Source: Selaginella moellendorffii
Taxonomy: Eukaryota; Plantae; Lycopodiophyta
NCBI RefSeq assembly: GCF_000143415.4
Contig: NW_003314387.1
Coordinates: forward strand, 281,921-345,920
Direction of reading: 5' to 3'
DNA: 64,000 bases
The notes below the pieces were generated by a model. That model did no database searches. It was not told the origin of the DNA and saw only the letters and a program-made list of their open reading frames with translations. Below are positions 48,900 to 62,412 of this stretch, piece after piece (positions within the stretch are counted from its first letter, which is position 1; each line of letters starts with the position of its first letter). Position numbers and translations under genes: made by a program.

Positions 48900-51800
48900 A
48901 GGAAAATGTGTTATCATGGGCATTGAGACTTGGTTTTACTCTTTACTGATTTTAGCCATATGGGCATGCATATTTGAAACATATATATAATCATATTTAC
49001 GAGGGGTTAGGGTTTATGGGCAAAATTGTTAATTGGTCTTAATTTACTCTACTGAATTGTCGATTAATAACGAGTAGAATAAGAACTTTTAAGTTTGTCC
49101 TAAACAGCATTTTGTGAGACACAAAATCCCTAGGCCCCAAAGTGGAGCCGGAAGGGTGCCATGTGGTAGTGGCCGAAGCGAAAGCCAAACGAGCGTAACA
49201 CGTTTCGACTAAAAGCTCCGACTTGGAAGGTTGAGAGCGGGAGTGGAACTCCCAACAAAGTGTTCGAGGAACAAACATGAAGCGAGCAATAAGCGAGGCT
49301 CCAAAAAGGGACCCAAAAAAGACCAACACATGACACGTGGAAGTGTCCGAGATGGACCCGAAGTGGAGTCCGAGATGGAGTCCGATATGGAGTCCGAGAT
49401 GGACCAAAACGGAGTCTGAGATGGAGTCCGAGGTGGAGTCCAAGGTGGAGTCCGAGATGGAGTCCGAAGTGGAGTCCGAGATGGAGTCCGATATGGAGTC
49501 CGAGATGGACCCGAAGTGGAGTCCGAGATGGACCGAGATGGAGTCTGAGATGGACCAAAACGGAGTCCGAGATGGAGTCCGAGGTGGAGTCCGAGATGGA
49601 GTTCGAAGTGGAGTCCGAGATGGACCGAGATGGAGTCCGAGATGGACCCGAGATGGAATCCGAGATGGAGTCCGAGAAGGACCCGAGATGGAGTCTGAGG
49701 TCGAGACCGAGACCGGGACCGAGACCGAGACCGGGACCAAGACTGAGACTGAGACCGGGGCCGAGACCGAGACCAAGGCGGAGGCTGAGACTGAGACCGA
49801 GGCGGAGGCTGAGATCGAGCCCGAGTCCGAATCCGAGTCCGAGTCCGAGTCTGAGTCCGAGTCCAAGTCCGAGTCCAAGTTCGAGCCTGAGAGGGTGAAA
49901 GCCCAAAGCGTTCGTCTCCCAGACCCTGAGGGGTTTGGTGAGCTCCAAAAGTATAGTGAGGGGGAGGACTGCAGTGGAGCCAGTTTGGCCAGGAAAGGCC
50001 AGTTTGGCCCAGGAAGGCCAGACCCAGTGTTGGGTGATGAGCTGACCACTGGGAAGTCCAAGACTAGAGTGAACATGGACTGACAAGCGGGGTAGCTTGG
50101 TGAAGTGTTCAAGAGCCGGCTCTAGTTCCCCCGGGAGATCGACTGGCCGATGCTCCCAGTCCAAGTGTGGGTGGCACTACCTACTTGGATACCAGGCGTG
50201 GCTCAACAGAACCTCGCTCTAAGCCCATGGCTAGAGCACCTAAAGGCGAAAGGTGGGGAGAGTACCCAGGTGGCTCGCGTAAGGCCACGGTGTTCTGAAA
50301 TGTTGTCCCAAAGGCCTAGACTATGGAAAGGAAGAGGAGAAGTCCTCTGGGGTAGTGACCAAGGACACAGTCGTGTGGTGAGGAAGTCCCAGAGGACCAT
50401 GGGACTTAGTGGTCGGGCCTGTGGGCCTCGATCCAGTGGCAGTGTTAGCAAACACGGCCAGGGGCAGGAAGGGACTTGGTAGGAACTGACAAAGGGACTT
50501 TGGGGAAGGCAATTCCCCAGGTCTGTGGGCATCCTAAGGATGCTAAGGAGTGGATCTAGGATGACCACTCGTGGACAGATGGCCCAGTCTTGGAGAGACG
50601 GGATTGTGATGCAAGTGGTATTGAACCACTAGTGCAGCAAAGGTGAATGGGCATGGCCTTAGCGTAACGGGCCGAGATGTCAGTGGTACCTTTGGGTGTC
50701 GGTCTTGGGACCGGACACGAGGAGCACTTGGACCAGGTGCAAGTGTTGAGTGGCATGGATGCCATTCTTGGGGCTAGCAAGTCCCAAGTCCTGAATTGGA
50801 CTGATGGAGGTTGTGAATGAGACTCCTCCAAGTGGTCGGAGGTGTGGTTAAGTGACTAAAGTAGAATGGAAAATTTAGTCGCTTACAACTTGGTATCGGA
50901 GTTGTTCCTTAGTCCGAATTTTATTGGTGCTCAAGTATATCACCATTGATGTTGGCATTGGAAGGTCCTAGGAGGGGGCCTATCCTTGAGGAGTAGCATG
51001 TCGAGAGGACATGGCTCTCCACTCAAGTTCATGCGTGAACTTGGGCATGATGTGGTGGATATAAAAGGGCCAATAATAGAACGACTTTGGGATCTTGGGA
51101 ACAGTATAAGGTTTCCTCTGAGAGCTGAGGATGTGATCCAGATGAGCGTTTGACGCAGCAAACGGGCTAACGTAGTTGTGGTAAACAACTATAATTGGGG
51201 TCACAGAAAAGATGTAGACTCCAAAATAATAAAGGAGTCACAAGATTACCTTCATATAGTTGAGGCCAGTGCTCATAACTTTGAGACCGGAATTGATGAC
51301 CATGGGAGGTCAAATATAGGAGAGGACACAAGTCCTCGAAATGGTAGCTGAGGTTGCCCTTGATAAATGCTGGAACAACCCAAGGAGTTGGGGATGTATT
51401 TAGAGGATGAGTTGGTATTCTCATCACATGGACAAGTGGTCCTAAAAGGCAAAAGGTTGCCCCAAGAGAACAAATCAAGTGTCGGAGTAACACTTGCAAA
51501 GATGGTCCTCGTGAGTAAGACCTGAATACAAGAAGTTGTATTCCAGTGAGCTGGCACCTCAAAGGTAGGACCTCATGGGTCGTAGGATGACAAAGTCCAA
51601 AAAGCTGGATGACTCCAATAGAGTCAAGGAATAATCCTAAAGGATTGATGGAAGCATTTGGACTGAGTAGTACCCCACGAAGGATGGGGGGGATCATAGG
51701 ATCCAAGGATGAGAACAGAGGGTATCTCATCGATGGCAAAATGTGCCATGCTAAAGTCGTGGGAAGGGTGTTCCCAAAAAGAAAACAACTTTGAAACAAA

Positions 51801-54800
51801 GTTGTGTGTGACCTCTATAGTGCAGTGCTAACGGTTGGTTGGCATGAGAAAGAGTGGTATTGGTCTTGGCAAAGACTTAGACACAAAGAAGAAGTGTCAT
51901 AGAGGTAGGCTCGTGGAGCCGATGGTGTGGAGACACCCAAATGTGCCAAGGTGTGGTACCTTGAGGCTATGTTGGTGGGTTCATGAGAACCCCTTGCCAA
52001 AGGAACCCCAATGGAAATGAGAATGGCATAGCCTAAGTTGCAGAGCATGCAGTTGGAGTGTGGTGACCCAGATAATGATGGAGGTGTGGAAGCACCAGCA
52101 ATGAGTTGTAGGACTTGACAACTATGAGGCAACTAAGCAAGAGGTGCAAAATAATTGGTTAAACGGGTAGAAGGTAGCTACCCAAGCCTTCTTAATGGCA
52201 TAAGGAAGTTGGATATACCCTTACGGGGGATAAGTTGCTTATGTTGCAATATGGTAAATCAATGTCATGAAAGGAAATACTCATTGTCAAGGAAGCCGTC
52301 ATTGGGACACCGGAACGCTCTAGAACACCAGGAGGTGGTGTTTGATGTTGCGAGGGTAATAAATAAGGCCCAAGGGACTAAGTCCCTAGCGAATGATGGA
52401 TAGAAGGTGCTATCCAAATGTCCAAGGTGGCGGAGACAGGAGAAGACTGTCTACTTGAAATGGACAAAGCCAAAAATGGAATTTTGGCAAGGCTAGCGAT
52501 GGGCATGTAAAGGCCCATAAGCAACAACGTAATCTCGGTGTGTGGGATTATAGGGTGAGCATACCTGGATTGAGGAACCACTCCCTAGGCTATCGGGTAG
52601 GTTCATCCCTAAGAATACTTGCTAAGACATGATAGAAAGTGCAAAGCTGTCCTCCTAGTCTAAAGGAAAGGTGTGAAGCCAAAAGCAAGAAGTAAGGGGG
52701 TAGAACCGAACCATAGGAATCGAAGGGCATAACCAAGGTTGGTTATGCCAGCTGGGAGTGGAGAATCAAGTGGGGGCTCGAGGGTGTTGCCGCTAGCAAC
52801 CGTGATGCCATGGAGAGTCTAAAATATGGAATTGTCCATGTTAGACTATATGGTAATTGGAAAGCTTGCAAAAAGGGAGGCCTTAGCAAGCTAAGGGACA
52901 GGGTTCCTTCAAGGTTCCCAAAGATGATTCTAGGTAGTTTAGTACCTAGAAAGGCCAAGTGTAAATGGTTCAAAGCACGCGCGAAATCAGAGTGGCGCAA
53001 CAGAAGCGTGGTCTTGAAGCTTGCCATGAGGCAAGGTTATCAAGGTTAGGGAAGTAGTTCCCGAGTGTTCAAAGAGAGGGCTTTGAATGAAAGTCGATGA
53101 TCAAGGGCTTTCATGCTTGTACAGAAACCATGTTACAGTGGTCGGAGGACTTGCCAAAGCGAGATTGGCAAGTCAGGGGAACAAATACCCTAGTTGAAGG
53201 TGATAACTTCAAAAAGGGTGGGCCATGGGGCCAAGCATGATCACAGACTTGTCAAGTGAGAGGACTTGGCAATGTGGAGGAACTAGGTTCCTAAGCTGTG
53301 ATCTATAGCGCGCTTTGAGTATAAGTTGGTGCACCGGCATGGGGAGTCACGCCAGGCATCCTGGGTGATGCCGTCCGTAGATGCATATACGGAGGTTGGG
53401 TTCAAGTCCCGACCCTCTAGTGCTTGGGTTCGAGTCCCAAATCACTAGGGCGTGGTGATGGTTTGGAATATGAGGACACTCATATTTTGGTGGTCATGGA
53501 CTCTCAGTGAAAGGACTGGTTTGGGCACACCGCCAAGCGAGGGATGCTTCGGAGTCGTGATGCACGGTTAGATTGCTTAGAGTGAAAGCTCGACATATCT
53601 AACTTGAACACTTTGGTGCAAAGGGCACCAAGGACGTGGTGAATGAGATGGGGACACCCAAGTCTCAGTTGCTATGGATTCTTGGCCGGAAGGGCTGGCT
53701 TGGGCGCACTGCCAAGTGTGGGGGATGCCCCTGGGGTCATAGTCAACAACTTAGAAGGGTCTGGAAGACCTAGTCCCTATTGATAGACCTATTAAGGGGT
53801 CAAGATAACATCACTAGGTGATCTTGTGGCTAAACAAGGACAAAGTCTTTGTTTGGGTTAAGGAATATGATTCCTAGTTCAAAGTGTTGATTTGAACCAT
53901 TGATAAAAGTGTGGCTTGGTTGAGGTGACCAAGTGGGAAGCACACCTAAGGGAAATGAGCTATGTCAATGCTATGGCATAGTAAGTCCAACGAAAGTAGT
54001 CTTTATGAAAGATCCAAAGGAGGGTCTCAAAAAGTTGGGCCATGGATAGAGCCCACGACAGAAAATGTTAAAGAGACGTACTAAGGGTGAACACCCTTTG
54101 GACTTGGCAAAGCAAAGTGTTTGCTATGGAACCGAAAGGAAACCTCAAAAATGGAGGTAGCAATCCTATGTTGCTTGGTGCAACAATCCAAGGATAGGAG
54201 CAAAAGACGAGTGCCCAAGATAGGGCCGTGGAATCCATTGGAAAGAATCCAAGTGGCAAAGTTAGCCAAGGAACACTAATGTGTTTGATGCTAACAAATT
54301 GCGGAAAAAGAAGTGGACTTCCAAGGATGGATTCCCAAGTGCTCCAATTTGGCAAAGGAAAGGCTCCAAGTGAGGGAGCAACTAAGTAGCCAAAAGATAG
54401 GGCCGTGGACAACCCTAGCACAAATAATGATAAATGGAACGTAATACAAATGGTGGCACAAAAATAGAAAAGAGGATGAGGGTGCCCTCGAGTAGAGAAC
54501 TTCCTAGGAGGGGAAGTGGAGTTGCACAAAATGTGCAAGGCAAGGTGTCGGAGACACCTAGAAAATTGACTTCAAGAAGTCAAAAGTAAACGTTCCAAAG
54601 TGCAAAGGTAGATCAGTGGAATCTGTGACTACTCAAGAATGAGTAGTGGAATTGAGTTAGAGAGGGTGCCTTTAACGGGTTTAGCGAGAACTAAACCAAT
54701 AAACGGAAAGAACCACCCCAAGTGGTCCAATCAGTTTCTAAGTTGGAGAGACTATCCTCCTTAGAGGATGGACAAGGCATGGTGAGCCTTCGAGGTCAAA

Positions 54801-54913
54801 CCATAGACAAATATTGGCCGGGTGCCAAGGATGGAATGGTAATACCTGTGGGTGTTACTTTATAAAAGGGTTTACCGTTCGATGAGGACATCGAACTTCG
54901 TCTATGGGTGGGG
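48900..54913 (+). mobile_element. Decayed LTR retrotransposon (probably Ty3/gypsy-like); left boundary uncertain
   Basis: LTR end ...GTCGCTTACA (50888) followed by tRNA-Met PBS TGGTATCGGAG (50891); stop-riddled gag-like region with a CxCC knuckle remnant at ~52236; PPT GGGTGGGG at 54906-54913. Confidence 0.65.
49337..49890. repeat. Minisatellite (12-bp GAGATGGAGTCC; 6-bp GAGACC/GAGTCC) inside the putative LTR
   Basis: Directly visible tandem units. Confidence 0.95.
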
Positions 54914-55506
54914 TGTAAGCTCTTGAGTTTGGACTTCTCGGGAGGTCACCCAGCTTAGTACTATTCAAACCTAAGGACGCTTAACCCCAAATATCCCAAG
55001 ACCCTTAACCGATTGGAAAAGGGGATGCACTCTTGTTCATGGGCCCTTTCCCTCTATATTTGAACCCCATGAATCGTCTCTTGAGTCGTTCCCTTTGGTT
55101 GCTTACAATCCACCACGCTTCCATGCAAGTTCACGCCCTCGTGAACAGAAGCTGAGAGCCGCAGCTCTCCCGAGAGCCCCGCTCTCTTGACACCCTACCC
55201 CTCGGGTCGAGCCTAGCGGGAGTAAACTAGACCAGCCAGATGTCAATCAACATGTGGTGTGATTCCCTTAGCCAACCAACAGAGTTGAACCCGAGACCGC
55301 TCTGATACCAAATGTAAGCTCCTGAGTTTAGACTTCCCGGGAGGTCACCCAGCCCAGTACTATTCAAACCTAAGGACGCTTAACCCCAAATATCCCAAGA
55401 CCCTTAACCGATTGGAAAAGGGGGTGCACTCTTGTTCATGAGCCCTTTCCCTCTATATTTGAACCCCATGGATCGTCTCTCGAGTCGTTCCCTTTGGTTG
55501 CTTACA
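54914..55506 (-). mobile_element. Cassandra-like TRIM with 5S rRNA-derived LTR domain
   Basis: Two 194-bp LTRs (54914-55107, 55313-55506; TGTAAGC...GCTTACA); PBS TGGTATCAGAGC (minus strand, 55310-55299); PPT GGAAGCGTGGTGGAT; 5S-like GGTTAAGCGTCC...AGTACT.GGCTGGGTGACCTCCCGGGAAGTC in each LTR; 205-bp non-coding interior. Confidence 0.92.
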
Positions 55507-56770
55507 CATTTTTGCCTTTCATATCGTGTGAGATTTTTGGGAAGAAGGCAATATAAGATTAACTTATAAATCTATGTTTATTCTTTTTACTAGCAGTAGA
55601 AAATAAGGTTTAGAATGTTACTAAAGAAATATAAAAAGAATGTCAAATCCAAGTAGTATATTGTGTGTTGACACTATCAATACCGTGAAAAATGAGGAAT
55701 AAAAGAAAATGATGCTTTTAAATGATTATTTAATAATAATATCATATTTGAATATATATACAAAGAGCTAACAATCATTTTTTAAATAGTGGATATTTAT
55801 AATTACTAAAATTTAAATACTTTTTAACAATATTAATTTCTTAAATATTAAGAGAAGTATCTATAATATTAAGCTTTCAAGCTAGAGTGACCTTTACTTT
55901 TGTACTTTAATGCTTTCCCCTCCACCTAGAACAAAATCATCAAGAATGTAGTTCCAAAAGTATAGTAGAGAAACTATATAAGCTAAATTCCTCCAATAAA
56001 CATAAAACAAGAAAGAAACATAAAAAATAATAAAAAAGAAATGTATAAACTATAAAAAAAGGCTTTGGTATTCTTTTTCAAATTGGTTTTTTCTCCTGAA
56101 TAAAACCAGCACTGTTAAACTTAGAAGAGACGATAAAATTTGAATCATTTATTTCATTTTATCTCCCTAGAAAAAGTTATTTCTTCTTGTGAGAGATTTA
56201 CTTTTTTTTTTCCTATCATGAGCTTAATTGAGTTCTTTTTCTCTTGAGCTTAAACATGATGATTTCTATAATCAAAATTTACTTTTTCTTGTGAAAATGT
56301 AAAAAAAAAATATTTATTAATATTTTATTAGAAAGTGTTCATTAGGGTTAAAAACCTTTGGCATTATATACAAAGAAAAAATTGAAAGAATGCACCATTG
56401 ACAGAAATAAATCAATAAAAAATTTTGATGCACAGTCTTGACACTCTAAAACTATAAAACTTTTAAGTTAAAATGTAAGGATTCATTTTCTATTTATAAC
56501 CTCAATAACCATAAAAACAAAAGAAATGGCTATATATAAAACAAATTTATCCACAAGCACTACATACCTGTGATCTGTGGGCTTCAAGCGTTTACACTTT
56601 CCAAGCTGGAGCAGCTGAACACATCTTGAGTCTCGTATATCGGCAAAACAGTCGTGTTTCACTGACACAAAGTTTGCATTGCATGAAACTTCTATTCTAA
56701 CGGTATACCAGCTGGAACCCATGTCGATTTATGTTGGCGAAAGAACTCTCCCTTAAGCTCATAGACGAAT

Positions 56771-58210
56771 TTAACCAGTAGCAATCACACGTTCGTCCAG
56801 TAACTTCACGAGGTGATCCAAACTAAACAAAAGAAAATAGAAAGAGTGCTGGATCCTTTTGCAATCTGAAGACCCACCTCACGGTTTCCAAGCTGGAGAA
56901 TACAGCTGCAGCTTCGCTAAAATCCTGTGCTTTCATACCAAATAAATCAACCATGGAAACATACGGAAATTACAAACCTGCTTGCTTGTAGAACTTGTGA
57001 AAGTCACTACGCATTTCATACCAGCACCCACTGCTGCCTGAATACACAAGGAAAAATAGTAGCAAGTCCATGAGATTTAAGAGCACGTATATACTTTGAG
57101 ACCAATGACGCTGTCTTCTATCACGATACACTTGTCCGGGGTTGCTCCAAGTTTCTGAAGAACAAAGGAAGTGAATGAAACTGCACAAAACCACGTTTAC
57201 CTCTACTGCGACTTTGTAGATCATTGGATTGGGCTTCTTTTCTTCGACATCATCGCCTGCATTGTTGTGAAACAGTGAGAATAATTCTTCTTGTGTGAAA
57301 AAACTCGACCTGCTAGAAAGCAATCTAATTGCTGAAACCTTTCCTGAACTCAGTGGAAGGATGGTAAATCAAAACCTCGTGCCGATCGAGTCTGTTCGTT
57401 CAGTAGATTTACCTTGCCAAGCAAATTCGTGAGACAAAATACTACAGAGCTCTTTGTTGCAGCTGAGCAAACAGCCACCTTAATTCCCTGGACACAGTGG
57501 CAGATTAGAAAACCTGAAAGGAAAGAAGCTTTGAGAAAAAACCATATCACGAGCTTCATCCATTAGGCGAAGAACTCCTGGTCGTGGCTCAACCTGCATG
57601 AATGGAAGTTACTTCAAAACACTAAGGCCAATTTTTACCGCTCCAGACGCAATGATATCTTTGTATTTATTTGTCTTCCAATCCTGAAAGTTACACACAA
57701 ACCATGTAAGAAGTCACGGCATTCTATTAAAATCACCTGAAGTGTGTCGATGAGCTGAACCTTCTCATCGTCATCTTTGAGCGAGCTATACAAGCTCGAG
57801 GAAGGCCAGCCGTTCCTATTGAAGTACCTGCCATGAGACCACAAAGTTAGAACACAAAAGAAAAAAAAGAAGACTTAAAACCACTAAAACCATCTCATCT
57901 TTGGCTTTCCTCCTCCAATTTGGTTCTGCAGCTCGTCGTAGAATTCTGTGCTCCACACAACTGGGGACTTATTCCCTGGACACCGGACCTCAAAATTCTC
58001 GAACGTCGCATTGTAGGCTCGCCTGTGCAAATCTTCCGACTCGAGAATTACCCCGTCACAGTCGAAGACGAGTGCGTCTAACGACGCTCTAACGCCACAG
58101 CCTGCTCTTACATTCCATGGCGCCCTCTTTTGCCGAGCTCTACCATAGCCTATGTGCACTTTGCTCCATAATTCTAGCCTTGCGTTACCGGAGAACAAGA
58201 GCACTGCCAT
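56771..58210 (-). CDS. CbbY-like HAD-superfamily hydrolase, chloroplast (multi-exon)
   Basis: FDCDGVILESEDLHRRAYN, GGGKPKMRWYF, VAVCSAATK, AGDDVEEKKP, VIEDSVIG. Confidence 0.9.
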
Positions 58211-59369
58211 CAGATACTCGTTACCTAAGGAAAAAGCCCGATCAACTTAAATAACAGCCTCCACGAATCCATATGAGTGCCTCCTCCAGGATGTCTACTA
58301 CAGTCGGCTTTACTTTTGGTAAAGCCGACTGTTTCTCGTCCATGGCCATTTCTATAACGTTCCAAGTTACGATGTCCTTGCTTTCGACGCTATCCACGGT
58401 ATTTGGAGTAACAAGAAGCGCCTATTTTGGATCCCCGTTTTGAGAGTAAGCCATGAGCAAATCAGTCTATAAAACAACGTCCTTGGAAGTAACTGTATCA
58501 AAAACAGCTTTTGCTCCTGCAGCAGCCAGCAGCTGGAATCAAATCCCGATGCTGCAATGAGAGCATGAGTTGCCTTACCTTCAGAGAAAACGAAATGAAT
58601 CATCCGGTTTCAGTGCCTCCCGTTCCATCTTGTGGTGGACTTCCAAGGCATCTCCATCTCTGCATAAGAACTGATTAGAACGTTCCAGGAGACAAGATTT
58701 TGTCAGGCACGCTATCAAAACGCACTTGTAAGCACCAAGTTCCCATATACAAATTAGAAACGTCCAAGCCAGGGCATCTCCTTAAAAACCTGTGCTGCTC
58801 CATCCAAGTCACTGCCCTCGTTGATCCCACAGAGAGAGTCGGTAGAAGACCCAAGCTCGCCATCGGGTTGGTCGTGCATTATTTATCCCCGTTCGCCTTT
58901 CCAGCTATCGAGAACACTGAAGAAGTTAATAGCATTGGGCTTGATCGATAGAGCCTCCACGCAATGCCTTTTCCGGGCATACGCTGTTCCCGCTCGATGG
59001 GAAAGCTTCCAGCGAAAGCAAGGAGCCGTTCCTCACGTCGAAAACAATCGGCAGCGAGCATACATGTTGAGCAGCACCATCTGGAGCATCTCCAGCGATC
59101 TTCCTCTCCAGCATGGATCATCCTGTCCTGCTCCACATGCACAACACTCAAGAACGTCAAGCGATCCCGCTGGGATTCTCTGGAAGTGGTCGACCACTTG
59201 GTCTGATAGAGAGGAACGTGTTCCGATCTCTCCTCTTCATGTCCCTCTCACTGATCCTCGCGTCGCGATTCAGGTTAAAGATGTTTTGTGGAGCTGGGCA
59301 CCCGAGGTCTGACCTCGGCTGCCCGCTGTGATCTTATCCATTCGCTCACCGGTGAAGCCGGCTATCGCG

Positions 59370-62300
59370 ATCCGATTACCTCGCTCCCCCATCACTTGTT
59401 GAGTATGGATCTACGCCGCATCGGCATTGATAGCTGCAAGAATGTAGATCGACAAGCATTTCCCCAAAGAGCGCCATCGCATTTGCCAGTTCTGGGCAAA
59501 TGCCGCGATAACAATGTTCCACAAGAAAACAAATTCCATCTTCCAAGGCATCTTCCATGACATGACAAGATTCTTCACGATAGACGCCGCTGGAGGCCAT
59601 CTGTGCGTGGATGCGCTTGCCCTCGCCCAGAGATCCGTGCTTGCGGCATTCTCGCAGAGCAGCCGCGAAGGCGTCCAGCGCTAGCGATCGCGCCATCCCT
59701 TGGACTGCCATTGGCCCACATTGACTTTTTCTCGCGCAAGATTTGCAGCGCTTCCTCGCTCTGAGGGAGCGAGAGACATCCCGTCGAAATACGGCAGCGA
59801 GCATAAATATGCCGAGCAGCGCCGTGAGCACCATGCCCTCTCTAGCGATATTCCCCTCCATCGCGAGAGCATGTCCAGCGAGTTGCAAGCATCCACGATG
59901 TAATTCACGAAAAATTTATGTGAATACTCCGAAAAGAATTCGTGAATCCACCACGAGCTCCTCCTACATGCTTCGTCAAAACAGCAAATGGCCAAGGACT
60001 ACTGACGACCTGGATAACGCTACGCTGCTCCACACTTTCGAGCAGCGTTTGACTGCCGCGCTTGTGAGAATCTCATGTAAGAAAGACCGAGAGCGCCGCC
60101 TTTCTTCTCTCTAGTTTCGACGACTTTTCTCGGTGTGGTTGGATGATCCGGTTTGGCTCAAACCAAAAGACACGCCTTCAAACTAGCGCACATCAGACCA
60201 CGACAAGCATTGCTTTTGTAAAAGACAGTATGTATGGTTCTTGACACGCTCTTTTGCTTATACTCTTGTCCAGATCTCTCAAGAGATTGTCCAGAGCTAC
60301 TGGCTCCACCATTCCTCATCTTCGCCACCTTTGGACCTCGATTCTCACCGAGCCATGTGTCAAGTGCATTGTGTTCTGGTAAGCACTAGGCTAGTGGAGT
60401 TACGCTTAAAAGCTTCTCTTTCTTCCTTACCACACTCTCAGTGGCTTGACGTGGGTCCTTGCAGATCATTGTGTTGTATCATTCCACTGTTTGTCATGCT
60501 TCTTCTTTGCTCTCACCTGACGCTCGATCAAGGCTCTCACAGGCTACAGTGAATAACAAAGGAATCACTGATGCATCAACCCTCAGGTTCTGAGTCTAAT
60601 CAGTTGCACCAAATCAGGGATACTCACTCACTGGTGTTTTTGGGAGTGAGTATTTAATTTCATGGTTTTGAACATGGCCAGAGGATTTGATCTTGCAAAG
60701 AAGAGAGAAACAAACAAATACCCCAACCTCCAGCACTCTTGACATTTCCAGATGCCTCTCAACTCTGCTCTTCAAGAGGGTGCTTGGATCAAATCAAACT
60801 TGCTCATTTTCCAGAAACTTTTCTTGTTCCGAGAAACAAATTTTGCTCCAAAAAAAATCCTGGAACCAAGAAGAGAGGCTTGGAAACGTTCGCGCGACCT
60901 TGCCCACGTGATTGATACGGAACAAGGAATCAGCACGCGTGCCATTCACTCAAAATCAAAAACAAGCGAAACACTTTAACAGGCTATTAATGTTTAATTT
61001 GGACGGTTATCTGGCTATAATAAAGAAATTTATTGGCATGGTGACAGGTTCGAATCCACAGCCAGAGAACCACCTAAAAACACTTTTTTCAAGTGTAGGC
61101 GATGTTGGAGTTTCTCCGCGATATTGGAATTTCCTTGTTTCTCCCTCCCGCAGGCTCGAGAGACAAAAAAGACAGTGGTCGATCTAGCCCAGAAACAAAG
61201 GATCCTGGAATGTGTCTCTCGCTTGGAACGATAATAGATTTGGAGGAGGAACTTGCGCCTCGCGTGACTTGCAATGCAGCCTTGTTACGATCGCACAGAG
61301 TGCTGCAGACTGCCAAGGAAGAACACGAACGCTGAGCGGCACACTCTGCAAGCTGGAACGCGAGCTATTGAGCGGAGCAGAGACAGGACACGACCCTGGA
61401 CATCGGTTTACCGATGCCCAAGAGTTTTGGCAACCTTCGAATGGCTGTGAGTCATGATCTCCAGCCCAGAGGACAGGTCCAACTAATCATCGCCGCGTCA
61501 CGATGCTCCGTCTTCTTCTGCCAAGAACTGGACAGACACTTGCATCGGGTGGAAATTGCCGTGTGAGCTCGAGACTGGCATCCCAGCCTGATCGGCGCCA
61601 CATCCCAATCGCCGCCCCAAGCTCCAATTACTACAACGACAAGCCAAAGATGGTGACGGTGTTATTGTCTCAGCTCCAGGATTGTGAGGAGATCAGACAG
61701 CAGGGGTATCGCCTCCTCCAAAGGCCGTGGTTGATTTACCCTCCAGCAGTAGTCTTTCAACCAGGCCTGGAGCGGGCCTTCTGCCAACTTAAGTCGAGGT
61801 TCCTGGTGTTTCTCACCTGGATCTCCGCCACATCGCCATTGATAGCTGCAAGAATTCGATCGACGAGCATTTGCCGAAAGAGCACCAGAACTTCTGGCAT
61901 TTGCCTACTGTGGGCAAATGCGTTCCAGAAGAAAACATTTCCATCTTCCATTTTGTGGAGGACACCCCAGGCATCTGCGGCGCGCCCGCACTTTCCATAC
62001 ATTTCCATGACGAAATTCGCGAGGAATCTATGACGATCAGAGCAGCGTCTCCTCCTCGTCGTCAAGAACAATGCGATGGAACCATTCGTTAACTACATGT
62101 AAGCTTCATCAAAATAGCAAATGGCGCAAGGACAGCGATAGCAGAGGTGACGCTGCAACCATTGGGCGACCTGGATAACGAAATGCTGCTCCACACTTTC
62201 GCTCGCATTCCAACAAGGAAGTTCCTCACCCGAGCAGCGCTTGTCTGCTGCGCTTGGCTGGATGATCCGGTCTGGCTCAAACCAAGACAAGCCTTCAAAC

Positions 62301-62412
62301 AATACCTCGCAAAGCAAGCATCAAAAGCATTGCTTTTGTGATTTAAAGTGGTATGTATATACTCTTGTCCAGATCGCTCAAGAACACACAAGAGATTGTT
62401 GAGCTTCATTCC
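59370..62412. repeat. Mosaic repeat block C, inverted relative to blocks A/B
   Basis: ~59900-61540 is the reverse complement of ~12230-13555 (with an extra F-box segment); ~61560-62412 is the reverse complement of ~14970-15900. Confidence 0.85.

Noticed and set aside
49337-49890. CRISPR-like periodicity
   Set aside because: Tandem units without unique spacers; eukaryotic context; no cas genes
49039-50164. Long ORFs of 248-357 aa on both strands (MESEVESE..., LHLGLHLG...)
   Set aside because: Stop-free by-products of a 6/12-bp minisatellite in an LTR
54931-54986. 5S rRNA gene
   Set aside because: Only the internal ~55-70 bp, embedded in TRIM LTRs; not a full 5S gene
58230-59370. Coding-like region upstream of the CbbY-like gene
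   Set aside because: Fragmentary frames with only a weak PPR-like remnant near 58400-58500
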